NCBI GenBank assembly: GCA_965203485.1
Contig: OZ241892.1
Span: 2,080,001 to 2,144,000 of the forward strand
Direction: 5' to 3'
Source of the DNA: Longimicrobiales bacterium
GTDB lineage: Bacteria > Gemmatimonadota > Gemmatimonadetes > Longimicrobiales > Gaopeijiaceae
DNA length: 64,000 nt
The notes beneath the pieces were generated by a model. The model saw only the letters and a program-made list of their open reading frames with translations. It was not told the origin of the DNA and did not search any database. A program made the translations under genes and the position numbers. Shown here one piece after another: positions 42,177 to 51,783 of this stretch. How positions within the stretch are numbered: position 1 is the first letter of the stretch; every line of letters starts with the position of its first letter.

Positions 42177-43328
42177 CTAGGCCAGCGCTTCGTGGAGCGC
42201 CGCCGCGATCTCGTCGATCTGCTCCTCCGCGACCACCAGCGGAGGCAGCAGGCGAACGACCGTGGCGCCGGCCGAGAGCGCCAGCACGCCCCGTTCCGCC
42301 AGCGCGGCCACGCACGGACCCGCGCGCTCCTTGAGTTCGACGCCGATCATCAGCCCGATCTGGCGCACCTCGCGCACGCGCCTGGACGGCCGGCGGCCGA
42401 AGCGGTCGAGGAACCGGGCGCCCATCGCCTCGGCGCGTTCGGCCAAGCGCTCCCGCTCCATGCAGGAGATGGCGGCCAGGGCGGCCGCGCAGGCCAGCGG
42501 ATTGCCTCCGAAGGTCGTGCCGTGCTTGCCCGGAGCGCACCGCACGCCTTCTCGGCAGAGCAGCGCGCCCATGGGCACTCCGCCCGCGATCCCCTTGGCC
42601 AGGCAAAGCATGTCCGGGACGACGCCCCAGCGCTCGCACGCGAACATCCTTCCCGTGCGGCAGAAGCCCGTCTGCACCTCGTCGAACGCCAGCAGCGCGC
42701 CGACCTCGTCGCAGGCCGCGCGGGCCGCGCGCAGGAACTCGGGGTGCGCGGGCCGCACGCCGCCCTCGCCCTGCACCGGCTCCAGCACGACGGCCGCCAC
42801 CTCGCCGGTCACGGCCGCCCGCAACGCCTCGGCGTCGTTGAACGGCACGAACGAGAAGCCCGGAACGAGCGGGCCGAACCCGTCGCGGTACGCCTTCCTG
42901 TGGGTCGCGCTCAAGGCCCCCATGGTGCGGCCGTGGAAGCCGCGCATGGCCGCGACGACCCGCGCGCGTCCGGTGTGCAGGCGGGCCAGCTTGAGGGCGG
43001 CTTCCACGGCCTCGGCGCCCGAGTTGCAGAGGAAGGCGCGGGCCAGCCCCCGCGGCGCGATCTCGACCAGCTTGCGCAGCAATGCGGCCCTGCGGTCGTT
43101 GCAGAAGATGCCCGCGCAGGCCACCAGCGCGCGCGCCTGGGCGGCCACCGCCTCGGCCACCGCCTCGTTGGCGTGCCCCACGCTGGCCACGCCGACGCCG
43201 GCGACGCAGTCCAAGTACCGGTTTCCCTCTTCGTCCCAGACTTCGGCCCCGGAGCCCCGGACGAGCGCAAGCCCGCGCTTCGCGAAGACATCGAGCCCAA
43301 AGGCCCGCTCCGTCGCGACGGCGTTCAC
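42177..43328 (-). CDS. lysJ: [LysW]-semialdehyde aminotransferase (class III, LysJ/ArgD)
   Basis: [45 protein letters not shown]; located in the LysW operon. Confidence 0.85.
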   Translation of the reverse strand: MNAVATERAFGLDVFAKRGLALVRGSGAEVWDEEGNRYLDCVAGVGVASVGHANEAVAEAVAAQARALVACAGIFCNDRRAALLRKLVEIAPRGLARAFLCNSGAEAVEAALKLARLHTGRARVVAAMRGFHGRTMGALSATHRKAYRDGFGPLVPGFSFVPFNDAEALRAAVTGEVAAVVLEPVQGEGGVRPAHPEFLRAARAACDEVGALLAFDEVQTGFCRTGRMFACERWGVVPDMLCLAKGIAGGVPMGALLCREGVRCAPGKHGTTFGGNPLACAAALAAISCMERERLAERAEAMGARFLDRFGRRPSRRVREVRQIGLMIGVELKERAGPCVAALAERGVLALSAGATVVRLLPPLVVAEEQIDEIAAALHEALA

Positions 43329-43425
43329 GGGCCGCCGCAGGGAGCCGGGGGGCTCGCGAAGCCGCCGCGCCCCCGCGCTGCGCCCGTCTGACCGCAGGCG
43401 GCCCGGCACCTGCGAATCTCGGCGC

Positions 43426-44238
43426 TCACGAGATCACCGTGCCCCCGCCGGCAAGCACGTCCCGAACCGGGCGCGCGGCCCGGCCGTCGCCCAGGACGAT
43501 GCGCGCCCCGGTCGATTCCGCCAAGACGCGCAACGCGCGCATCTTGCGCTTCATCCGCCCCTTGGCCTGCTCCTCCCGGCCCGCCAGCTCGGCGCGCGTC
43601 ATTCGCTGGACCACGGACGCCGGATCGCTCGGGTCGTCCAGGAAGCCCGGCGCCTCGATCAGCTGGACCACGCAGTCCACCTCGAGCGCCTTGCCCAGCA
43701 GCGCGACGACATCGTCGTTCTCGGAGTTGACCGCGTAGCCATTCTCGTCGGCGATCGGAACCGTCAGCACCGGCGCGAACCCGCCTTCCAGCAACAGATC
43801 CAACAAGCGTCTGTTGATCGCCGCGGGCTTGCCGGAGAGGTCGCGCTTGATCAGCGTCTTGCCGCCTTCGCGCACGCGGATTCCCTTGTTGCGCCTCCCC
43901 CGCACGACGGCGCCGTCCAGGCCCGTGAGCCCCACGGCGGCGACGCCCCTCACCTGCAGGAGCTCGACCAGCCGCTTGTTGCGAAGACCCGCGTACGTCA
44001 TCAGCATGAGGTCGATCGTCTCGGCGTCCGTGTATACGCTCTCGTAGCCGGAGACCGACGTCAGCGCTTGCTTCTCGATGCCCAGGCGCCGTCCCAGCGA
44101 GTCGCGCAACGCGTTGGCGCCGTGCACGACGACGAAGCGTTCCTGCAGCTCGGACAGGTCCGACGCGATCCCCTCGAGGTTGATCGACTCGCCCCCGCCG
44201 ACCTTCACTAGAATCACCGGCGGGCCCGTGCCGGTCAC
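43426..44238 (-). CDS. lysZ: [LysW]-aminoadipate/glutamate kinase
   Basis: [38 protein letters not shown] overlaps the upstream stop. Confidence 0.88.
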   Translation of the reverse strand: MTGTGPPVILVKVGGGESINLEGIASDLSELQERFVVVHGANALRDSLGRRLGIEKQALTSVSGYESVYTDAETIDLMLMTYAGLRNKRLVELLQVRGVAAVGLTGLDGAVVRGRRNKGIRVREGGKTLIKRDLSGKPAAINRRLLDLLLEGGFAPVLTVPIADENGYAVNSENDDVVALLGKALEVDCVVQLIEAPGFLDDPSDPASVVQRMTRAELAGREEQAKGRMKRKMRALRVLAESTGARIVLGDGRAARPVRDVLAGGGTVIS

Positions 44239-44876
44239 AGCGCGATCACGGCGCCGTCGGGAACCCGCGTCCATTCCTCGGCGCTCCCCGGATAGCGTTG
44301 CGAGCAGATCACTTGCGCGGCTCCGAGTCGGGCGCGCCTCATTTGGAAGTAGTCCGGCGACTCGCTGAACCGGCTGGCCGCGTAGACACCGCCGGACGCG
44401 TCGGCGACGATCATGTTCATGGCGCGGACGTGCCGGGTGCGCCTCTCGATGGCCGCGACGCCGCGCCGAAGAGCCGCCGAGAAGTCGTCCCGCCCGAAGC
44501 GCTTGACGAAGTTGAACACCTTCTCGGCGCCGATCCGTCCGCGCTCCCGGATGCGCACGCCGCGCAATTCGCCGTTGAAGACGAACACGCGCTCGCCGTC
44601 GAAGAAGGGCATGTTGTTCTCCAGCCGGATCCCTTCGTTGCGAAACGCGCTGCGGGCGTGGGCGACGAGCAGGGTCGCGCGCCCGGGGGGACGGTACGGG
44701 TCCTCCCACACGGGCGCGAGGCAACGGTAGACGCACCAGCGGCCCTCGTTCAGCCAAGCGCAGCCCCAACCGTGGCCTTGATACTCGCGGCTCTCCTTGG
44801 CGATGCGGGCGAAGGCGGCGAGATGCCCCTCCATGTCGAAGCCCTCCGCTTCGCGAACGCACAGCATGCGGCACAT
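44235..44876 (-). CDS. class II glutamine amidotransferase-like Ntn hydrolase (EgtC/YafJ/DUG3-like)
   Basis: N-terminal M-C-R-M-L nucleophile motif; HGWG, VAHARSA, NNMPF, FVFNGEL. Confidence 0.85.
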   Translation of the reverse strand: MCRMLCVREAEGFDMEGHLAAFARIAKESREYQGHGWGCAWLNEGRWCVYRCLAPVWEDPYRPPGRATLLVAHARSAFRNEGIRLENNMPFFDGERVFVFNGELRGVRIRERGRIGAEKVFNFVKRFGRDDFSAALRRGVAAIERRTRHVRAMNMIVADASGGVYAASRFSESPDYFQMRRARLGAAQVICSQRYPGSAEEWTRVPDGAVIAL

Positions 44877-44886
44877 GCCCGGGACG

Positions 44887-45912
44887 TCAGACGGGGTGGA
44901 GGCCCGCGAACTCCAGGCCCGTGGTCTCGGGGAACCCGTGCATGACGTTGAACGCCTGCACGGCTTGCCCGGCGGCGCCCTTCATCAGATTGTCCAGCGC
45001 GCTGACCACGACGACCCGGTTGGTGCGGGGGTCGCGTTCGAAGCCCACGTCGCAGAAGTTGGCGCCGGCGAGAAGCTTCGGCTCCGGGTAGCGGTGGACG
45101 CCGCCGCGCTCCTTGACGATGCGGACGAACGGCTCGGTCCCGTAGGCGTCGCGGTAGAGCCGCCAGAGCGCTCGGTCGTCCATGTCCCGGTTCACGAAGA
45201 CGTGGCAGGTCGCGAGCACGCCGCGGACCATCTCGACGGCGGTGGCGGAGACGTGGACGTCGTCGAGCCCCAAGGACTGCGCGATCTCGCCGGTGTGGCG
45301 GTGCCCGGTGGGCTTGTAGGACCGCAGGGCCCCGCTGCGCTCGGGGTGGTGGCTGGCGTCGGTGGCCACGCGTCCCGCTTCGCTCGAACCGACCTTGACG
45401 TCGATCACGGCGCGGTCGGCCAGCCCCTCGCGGCACAGCGGCAGAAGCGCGAGCACGGCGGCGGTGGCGTTGCATCCGGCGCACGCCACGAGTTCCGCTT
45501 CCGGCAGGGCGTCCCTGTGCAGCTCGGCGACGCCTCCCGTGAACTGGTCCAGGAGTTCAGGCCGGGGGTGTCGCTCCCCGTACCAACGCTCGTAGGCGCC
45601 GGGAGAGGCCAAGCGAAAGTCGGCGCCCAGATCGACGACGCGGCCGGCGACCCGGCGGACTTCGTCGATCCGGCGCGAACTCTCGCCGTGCGGCAAGCAC
45701 AGAAACAGCACGTCGCACGGGTCGATCTCGTCGGCGGCGGAGAACTTGAGCCCGGAGGCGCCCCGAAGGTTCGGGTGGGCGCCGTGCGCGAACCGGCCGG
45801 CGAGGCGGTTGGACGTGACCTGCTGCACGCGCGCTTCCGGATGGCCCAGCAACAGCCGCAGCAGCTCTCCGCCCACGTAGCCCGAGGCCCCGGCGATGGA
45901 AACGCCGATCAT
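44887..45912 (-). CDS. lysY: [LysW]-phosphate reductase (LysY/ArgC)
   Basis: GASGYVGGELLRLL, DLGADFRL, AGCNATA, SHHPERSG, DNLMKGAAGQAVQ. Confidence 0.9.
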   Translation of the reverse strand: MIGVSIAGASGYVGGELLRLLLGHPEARVQQVTSNRLAGRFAHGAHPNLRGASGLKFSAADEIDPCDVLFLCLPHGESSRRIDEVRRVAGRVVDLGADFRLASPGAYERWYGERHPRPELLDQFTGGVAELHRDALPEAELVACAGCNATAAVLALLPLCREGLADRAVIDVKVGSSEAGRVATDASHHPERSGALRSYKPTGHRHTGEIAQSLGLDDVHVSATAVEMVRGVLATCHVFVNRDMDDRALWRLYRDAYGTEPFVRIVKERGGVHRYPEPKLLAGANFCDVGFERDPRTNRVVVVSALDNLMKGAAGQAVQAFNVMHGFPETTGLEFAGLHPV

Positions 45913-45943
45913 CCCGCTCGCGCCAAGTCGGACGCCCCGCCGC

Positions 45944-46780
45944 TCACGGCGCCTGCGCCAGCGCGTAGGACGCGATCTCGGCGGGGATGTTCACGCCGGT
46001 GACGTCGACGCTGTTCCTGAATTCCATCGTGTAGTTGACTTCGTTGGCGAGCAGTTCGCCGTCCCTCTCCAGCAGATCGACCGCCAGCACGCCGCCGCCC
46101 ACGGCCGCCGCGGCCTGAATGGAGACGGCTCCGATCTCGGCGGTCACCGGACAGTTGGAGGTCCGCCCGCCCCGCGCCGTATTGGTGATCCAGTGGTCGG
46201 ACGCGCGGTAGACCGCCGCGACGCACTCGTCGCCCACCACGAAGCTGCGGATGTCGCGCCCCCGCTTCCTCACGTACTCCTGCACGAAGAAGATCGAGTG
46301 ATGGTAGGTCCCCAAGACCGCCTTGTGCTCGAGCACCGTCTCCGCCGCATCGCGGTCGTTGATCTTGGAAAGCAGCCGCCCCCAGGAGCCGACCGCCGGC
46401 TTCAGCACTACCGGATACCCGAGCTCTTCGATCGCCCGGAGCGCCGACTCCGGCGTGAACGCCACCCGCCACCTCGGCTGCGGGACGCCGGCCTCCGCCA
46501 GGGCCGTGGCCGTCAGGATCTTGTCGCCGCATCGTCGCGCCACGTCGTAGCGGTTGACGCAACGCGCACCCACGCTCTCGAACAGGCGCAGCGCATGCAT
46601 CGCCCGCGAGTGGTTGATGCAGCGCTCGAGCACCAGATCGAAGTCCGGCGGCGAGCCCAGTCCGAAGACCAGCCGCCGGTCGTCCAAGCGCACCAGCTCG
46701 ACGCCCGGGCGGCCCTTCAGCTCGGCAAGGATGAGCTTCTCGTCCTTGCGGATCAGCGAATGCAGGAAGCCGACCCTCAC
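45944..46780 (-). CDS. lysX: ATP-grasp LysW ligase LysX
   Basis: [49 protein letters not shown]. Confidence 0.92.
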   Translation of the reverse strand: MRVGFLHSLIRKDEKLILAELKGRPGVELVRLDDRRLVFGLGSPPDFDLVLERCINHSRAMHALRLFESVGARCVNRYDVARRCGDKILTATALAEAGVPQPRWRVAFTPESALRAIEELGYPVVLKPAVGSWGRLLSKINDRDAAETVLEHKAVLGTYHHSIFFVQEYVRKRGRDIRSFVVGDECVAAVYRASDHWITNTARGGRTSNCPVTAEIGAVSIQAAAAVGGGVLAVDLLERDGELLANEVNYTMEFRNSVDVTGVNIPAEIASYALAQAP

Positions 46781-46874
46781 GCGGCCGCCTCCGGGCCGAC
46801 GGCCGCCCGCCCCAGTCCTCCCCGGCAAGGAGCGCCGCCGCGCCGCCGGGCGAAGCACGCGCCAGTCCCGGCGG

Positions 46875-47039
46875 TCACTCGCCCCAGTCCTCTTCCGCGT
46901 CGGGGGCTTCGGCCAGCGCCGGCGGGTCGAGCGAAAGAACCTCCAGCTCGCATCCGCACTCCGGGCATTCGAGGAGCTCGCCCTCCACCGCGTCTTGCTC
47001 CAGTTGGACCTGCGCTCCGCACACCGGACATTCCGCCAT
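46875..47039 (-). CDS. lysW: amino-group carrier protein LysW (54 aa, absent from the ORF track)
   Basis: MAECPVCG...[11 protein letters not shown]...AEEDWGE: two CxxC motifs and the C-terminal EDWGE. Confidence 0.95.
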   Translation of the reverse strand: MAECPVCGAQVQLEQDAVEGELLECPECGCELEVLSLDPPALAEAPDAEEDWGE

Positions 47040-47223
47040 GCCTGCTCGCCTCTCCTAGTTGGGTCTCGACGTCTGGGGGGCGGAAAATCTAGGACAAGCG
47101 ACGGCAACGGCGGGCGCAACCGCACCGCCGACCTGGAGCGAGGAAAGCGACCCTTGTTGAGAGAGTTCCGCGCCCGTACCTTGAGCGTCGCCGACATGCG
47201 GGAACGGTCGGCATACCCCGGCC

Positions 47224-48390
47224 ATGGCCACGGTACGGCCGAACATGAAGAACGATTTTCATCCCTGCACCTTCGCGTCGCCCTTCCTGTGGATGCGCCT
47301 CGTCTGGGAAAACGGCGGCATTCCGCGCCGGTACTGGCGGAAATTCGCGGGCATCCTTGCTTGGTCCGCGCCGTTGGCCCCGTTGCGGCTGGCCGAGTGG
47401 TTGGCGTTCTCGCGGAAGATCGCCAGGACGCCCGTCGACGAGCCGCCGCTCTTCGTCCTGGGCTTCCCGCGCACCGGCTCGACGCACTTGCAGAACTTGC
47501 TCGCCCAGGATCCGCGCTGGGGCTGCTTCACGACCTTTCAGTGCGTGACGGCGCCGTTCTCGTTCGTGGCGCGCGGCCGCCTCAGGCGGCTGATGGAGAA
47601 GGCTATGGCGGCCGCCGGCGAGCAGACCCGGCCGATGGACAACGTCAAGATCACGCTGGACTCGCCGCAGGAGGAGGACGTCGCCGTCGCCGCCATGTCG
47701 CGGCTGTCGGCCGTGCACCAGCTGGCGTTCCCCAAGCGGGGTCGGGAGCTGCTGGCCAAGTACGTGATGATGGGCGCAGGGCCGGACGGGTCTCCCAACG
47801 GCAGCCTGTCGGCGCGAGAGCTACGCCAGTGGGAGCGCGTCTACGTCCGCGAGGTGCGAAAGGTGGTCCTCCACTCCGGCGGCAAGCCCCCGATGCTGCG
47901 CAACACGCTCAACATCGCCCGCTCCGACCACCTGTCGCGCCTCTTCCCGGGCGCCAAGTTCCTCCACATCGTCCGCAATCCGTACGCCGTCTACCCCTCG
48001 GTGCTGCACCTCGCGCGCACGCTGCTGCCGCTGTACCAGCTCGACGACTACGACTGGGACGAAGTGGAGCAGCACTGGATCGACGGGTACAAGCTCCTGA
48101 TGTCCAAGTACATGCGAGACCGCGAGCAGATTCCGGACGGCCACTTCGCCGAGGTGCGCTACGAGGACTTGGACCGCGATCCGCTGGGCGAGCTCGGGCG
48201 GGTGTACGAGGAGCTGGAGCTGCCCGGCTGGCGCGTCGCCCGCGAACGCATCGAGGCGTACCTGGAGACGCTGTCGGGCTACCGCAAGAACCGCTTCACG
48301 CTGCCGCAAGCGACGATCGACCGCATAAGCGACGAATGGGGGTTCGCGGTGGACGCCTGGGCCTACGAGCCGCCGGCGGCGGACGGATGA
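47224..48390 (+). CDS. sulfotransferase family protein
   Basis: [19 protein letters not shown] (PAPS-binding loop), [25 protein letters not shown]. The start could be 47245. Confidence 0.88.
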   Translation: MATVRPNMKNDFHPCTFASPFLWMRLVWENGGIPRRYWRKFAGILAWSAPLAPLRLAEWLAFSRKIARTPVDEPPLFVLGFPRTGSTHLQNLLAQDPRWGCFTTFQCVTAPFSFVARGRLRRLMEKAMAAAGEQTRPMDNVKITLDSPQEEDVAVAAMSRLSAVHQLAFPKRGRELLAKYVMMGAGPDGSPNGSLSARELRQWERVYVREVRKVVLHSGGKPPMLRNTLNIARSDHLSRLFPGAKFLHIVRNPYAVYPSVLHLARTLLPLYQLDDYDWDEVEQHWIDGYKLLMSKYMRDREQIPDGHFAEVRYEDLDRDPLGELGRVYEELELPGWRVARERIEAYLETLSGYRKNRFTLPQATIDRISDEWGFAVDAWAYEPPAADG

Positions 48391-48418
48391 GGCTCTTCGG
48401 CGGACACGGACAGCCGGC

Positions 48419-50401
48419 GTGCTGAGGTTCGCCGAGGAGTTGCTGCTCCTCCTCATCGACGAGGACTCCGGCAACTTGGCGCTCGTGCCCGAGCGCGACT
48501 TGAACCACGCGCTGGCCGGCGCCGCGCTCATGGACCTGGCGCACGAGAACCGGATCGACACGGACCTGCAGCAGCTGACGGTGGTCGATCCCGCGCCGCT
48601 GGGCGACGACGTGCTGGACCCGGTGCTGGCCCGCTTGGCGAAGAGCGCCGAGCCGCGCGCGCCCGAGTACTGGGTGCGGCGCTTCGCGCAGGACGGCGAG
48701 CGCATCCGGGCGTCGTCCCTGCAGCGGCTGGTCGAGGCCGGGATCCTGCGTTCCGCCGACGAGGGCGCGATCGAGACGACGACCAAGGTGGCACGAGCAA
48801 GACGCTACCCGACAGCGGACGGCAAGGCGGAGCAGGAGGTGCGCCTGCGCATCATGGGCGTGCTCTTCAGCGACGACGTGCCCGGGCCCCGCGACGTGGT
48901 GATCATCTGCTTGGCCGACGCCTGCGGCGTCTTCGAGGGCATGCTCGCCAAGGAGGAGCTCGCCGAGGCGCGGGAGCGCATCGATCTGGTGCGCCGTCTC
49001 GACCTGATCGGCCAAGCCGTGACCCGGGCCGTGCGCGATTCCGAGGCGGAGGCCAAGGAGACCCGTCGCCCCCCCCGGTCGAAGAAGCCGCCGATGGCCA
49101 AGGGCCTGCCGTTTGTCGGCAACGTCCGCGAAGCGTCGATCGACTTGGTGCGCTTCCTGGCCGCGCAGCACTTGGAGCTCGGCCCCGTGTTCGAGGTTCG
49201 CATTCTTCGCAGGACGCTTCTCGTGCTGGCGGGCGAGGAAGCGAACCGCTTCGTGAACCGCCAGGGACGGCGCTGCTTCAGCTCGCGAGGGCCGTTTCAG
49301 GGCCTTGCCGAGGGCCTCAATGCGCACAGGATCGTGCTGAACATGGAGGGGCAGGAGCACTTCGCGATCCGCAAGGCGTTCGCCCCTGCGCTGGGCCGCG
49401 CCCGGTTCAACCAGTGCTTCGACTTGGCCAGCGAAGTCGCCCACCGGCAAGTCGTCGCCCTGCCGGTGGGCACGCCCCTGCATCCCTTGCCGTTCCTGCA
49501 GCAGGTCGTCGCCGAGCAGATGGGAAGGATTCTGGCGAACCGGTCGGCCTCCGAACAGGTCGAGGACATGGCGACGATGCTCGACATCCTGTTGAAGACC
49601 AAGGTGACCAAGCAGCTGCCGATGCTGCCCTTCGCGCGCAAGTTCAAGAAGGCGAGCGAGCGCGTGGAGACCGTTGCCCAAGAAATCCTCGATGCCCACG
49701 GGCCGGACGGGCCGCTGCACGACTGCGGCGACTTCATCAGCGACTTGATCGACCTGAACCGCCGGGACCCGCAACTCATACCCGAGACCGACATGAGGGC
49801 CTGGGCGATCGCTCCCTATCTCGCGGGACTGGAGACCGTGGCCAACACTTGCGCCTTCAACCTATACGCCGTGCTGAAGCACCCGGAGCTGAAGGAACGA
49901 GTCGTCGCGGAAGCCGACGCGTTCTTCTCCGGCGAGCCCGCGGCCGAGGGATTGGCGCAACTGGACGTCACGCGTCGCCTGATCATGGAATCGATGCGCA
50001 TGTGGCCGGCGGCCCCGGTGCTCTTCCGGGTCGCGGCCAACTCCTTCGACTTCGCTGGCTACCACGTGCGTGCGGGCACGCCCATGTTCCTTCCGCAGGC
50101 GGCGACCCACCACTTGCCCGAGAACTTCCCCGATCCCGGGCGCTTCGACATCGACCGGTACCTGCCGGACCGCTCCGAGCACCGGCAACCGAATGCCTAC
50201 GTCCCCTACGGCGTAGGCACGCACCGTTGCCTGGGCGCCAGCTTCGCCGATCTCCAGACAATGCTCATCCTGGCCGTCATGATGCGCGCGGCGGACATGG
50301 AGCTCTACCCGCGCGGCTACGATCTCAAGGTGAGCAACGTGCCGACGCCGAGGCCCGCGAAGAACTTCAAGGTCAGGGTGACGAGGCGGCGGGAGGCGTA
50401 A
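48419..50401 (+). CDS. GPP34/GOLPH3-domain-cytochrome P450 fusion protein
   Basis: N-terminus FAEELLLLLID...ALAGAALMDLAHENRID...LQRLVEAGIL. C-terminus GLPFVG, AGLETVAN, ESMR, FDIDRY and heme motif YGVGTHRCLG. Confidence 0.85.
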   Translation: MLRFAEELLLLLIDEDSGNLALVPERDLNHALAGAALMDLAHENRIDTDLQQLTVVDPAPLGDDVLDPVLARLAKSAEPRAPEYWVRRFAQDGERIRASSLQRLVEAGILRSADEGAIETTTKVARARRYPTADGKAEQEVRLRIMGVLFSDDVPGPRDVVIICLADACGVFEGMLAKEELAEARERIDLVRRLDLIGQAVTRAVRDSEAEAKETRRPPRSKKPPMAKGLPFVGNVREASIDLVRFLAAQHLELGPVFEVRILRRTLLVLAGEEANRFVNRQGRRCFSSRGPFQGLAEGLNAHRIVLNMEGQEHFAIRKAFAPALGRARFNQCFDLASEVAHRQVVALPVGTPLHPLPFLQQVVAEQMGRILANRSASEQVEDMATMLDILLKTKVTKQLPMLPFARKFKKASERVETVAQEILDAHGPDGPLHDCGDFISDLIDLNRRDPQLIPETDMRAWAIAPYLAGLETVANTCAFNLYAVLKHPELKERVVAEADAFFSGEPAAEGLAQLDVTRRLIMESMRMWPAAPVLFRVAANSFDFAGYHVRAGTPMFLPQAATHHLPENFPDPGRFDIDRYLPDRSEHRQPNAYVPYGVGTHRCLGASFADLQTMLILAVMMRAADMELYPRGYDLKVSNVPTPRPAKNFKVRVTRRREA

Positions 50402-50452
50402 CGCGCAAGTTGCGACTCGCCGGGTCGGCAAGTACGACGCGCCGGTAGCGCC

Positions 50453-51235
50453 TTGACCGCTCTCGCCAGCCTGACGCCCAGTTCCGCCCTGCGGCGCGCC
50501 GGGTTCCGATTCGGGGATCGCGGAACCCAGTCGAGCCGCAACACGATGCTGGGCGAGTTGCGCGTGCTGTTCGACGCGCTTTCGCCCGACGCAAGCCGCA
50601 CGGACTATGCCGATGCGATGGTTGGCGAAAACGTGTTGGGCAAGCCGACCCTGGCCGCCCGGCGGAGCGTCCGCCAGCGTCTGACCGAGCTGTACGGCCT
50701 GGACCCGAGCCTGCCGTTGTTCCGCGTGTTGCGGCGGCTGTGGGACGCGGACCCGCCGGGACGGCCGCTCCTGGCCATGCTCTGCGCGCTGGCCCGGGAC
50801 CCGTTGTTGCGCTTGACCGCGCCGCCGGTGCTCGGACTGGCCCAAGGGAAGCCGTTGGAGCGATCGGCATTTCTGGCGCACGTCCGGGAAGTGGCCGGTT
50901 CGCGATTCAACGACGCGGTGCTGGCCAAGGTGGCGGCGAACGCGATCCGCTCCTGGCAACTGGCCGGACATTTGAGCGGACGCGCGGGACATCGCACGAG
51001 GCAGATGATCCAGCCCACGCCCGGCGCCGCTGCGTTCGCCTTGTGGATGGGTCAGGCGGAGGGGCTGGCGGGGCTTCCGCTGCTGGACTGCCGGTGGGCG
51101 CCGGTGTTGGACGTTCGGGGCAAGGCTATGCTTGTATGGGCGGTGGAGGCGGGCAGACGGGGGCTGATTCACGTTCGAGCGGCGGGAGACGTCGTGGAAA
51201 TCGACACCACGAAGCTGGACGCGTACGCGCCGTGA
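50453..51235 (+). CDS. brxA: BREX protein BrxA-like
   Basis: ENVLGKPT...RLTELYGLD...ARDPLLR...SWQLAGHLSG; directly upstream of brxB and brxC. Confidence 0.7.
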   Translation: MTALASLTPSSALRRAGFRFGDRGTQSSRNTMLGELRVLFDALSPDASRTDYADAMVGENVLGKPTLAARRSVRQRLTELYGLDPSLPLFRVLRRLWDADPPGRPLLAMLCALARDPLLRLTAPPVLGLAQGKPLERSAFLAHVREVAGSRFNDAVLAKVAANAIRSWQLAGHLSGRAGHRTRQMIQPTPGAAAFALWMGQAEGLAGLPLLDCRWAPVLDVRGKAMLVWAVEAGRRGLIHVRAAGDVVEIDTTKLDAYAP

Positions 51236-51783
51236 GCCAGGTCCGCGACTTGGCCGCGGTCTACAAGCGGCACGTGAGCGCGCCGTGGCCGCGCACGCTC
51301 GCAGGCGCGCAACGCGTAATGATGATCGTGTATCCCAAGGACCGCGAGCGGGCGTTGCGGGCGGCCGTCGGCGAATTCGAGCAAGCCACGGAGGGCGCGG
51401 GCCACGGATGGCGGCTTGTCGATTGCACCGATTGGTTCGCCGAGTGGATGGCTGGGCACGAGTACCGAGAACCGTACTTCGAGGAACCGGAGCTGCTGGA
51501 CGACGCATTGCTGGACCAGGAGTTCCGCAAGGTCGCGTCGGCCCGCTTGGAGAGCGCCTTGAAGGGCGCCGGCGAGAAGACGGTCGTCGGGCTCGTCGGC
51601 GTGGCATCGCTGTACGGCTTCGTGCGCGTGTCGAAGCTGATCCACGACGTCGAGCGGTCCATCGAGGGACGCTTGGCCGTCTTCTTTCCCGGCAGCAAGG
51701 ACGGGAACAACTATCGCCTGCTGGACGCCCGGGACGGCTGGAACTACTTGGCCCAGCCGATCACGCTGGAGGGATGGCCATGA
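51232..51783 (+). CDS. brxB: BREX protein BrxB (DUF1788)
   Basis: GVASLYGF...GRLAVFFPGSKDGNNYRLLDARDGWNYLA; overlaps the stop and start of its neighbours. Confidence 0.85.
   Translation: MSQVRDLAAVYKRHVSAPWPRTLAGAQRVMMIVYPKDRERALRAAVGEFEQATEGAGHGWRLVDCTDWFAEWMAGHEYREPYFEEPELLDDALLDQEFRKVASARLESALKGAGEKTVVGLVGVASLYGFVRVSKLIHDVERSIEGRLAVFFPGSKDGNNYRLLDARDGWNYLAQPITLEGWP

Noticed and set aside
47040..47223. Lysine riboswitch or attenuator upstream of lysW
   Set aside because: No L-box consensus or Lys-rich leader peptide was recognised in this short divergent intergenic region.
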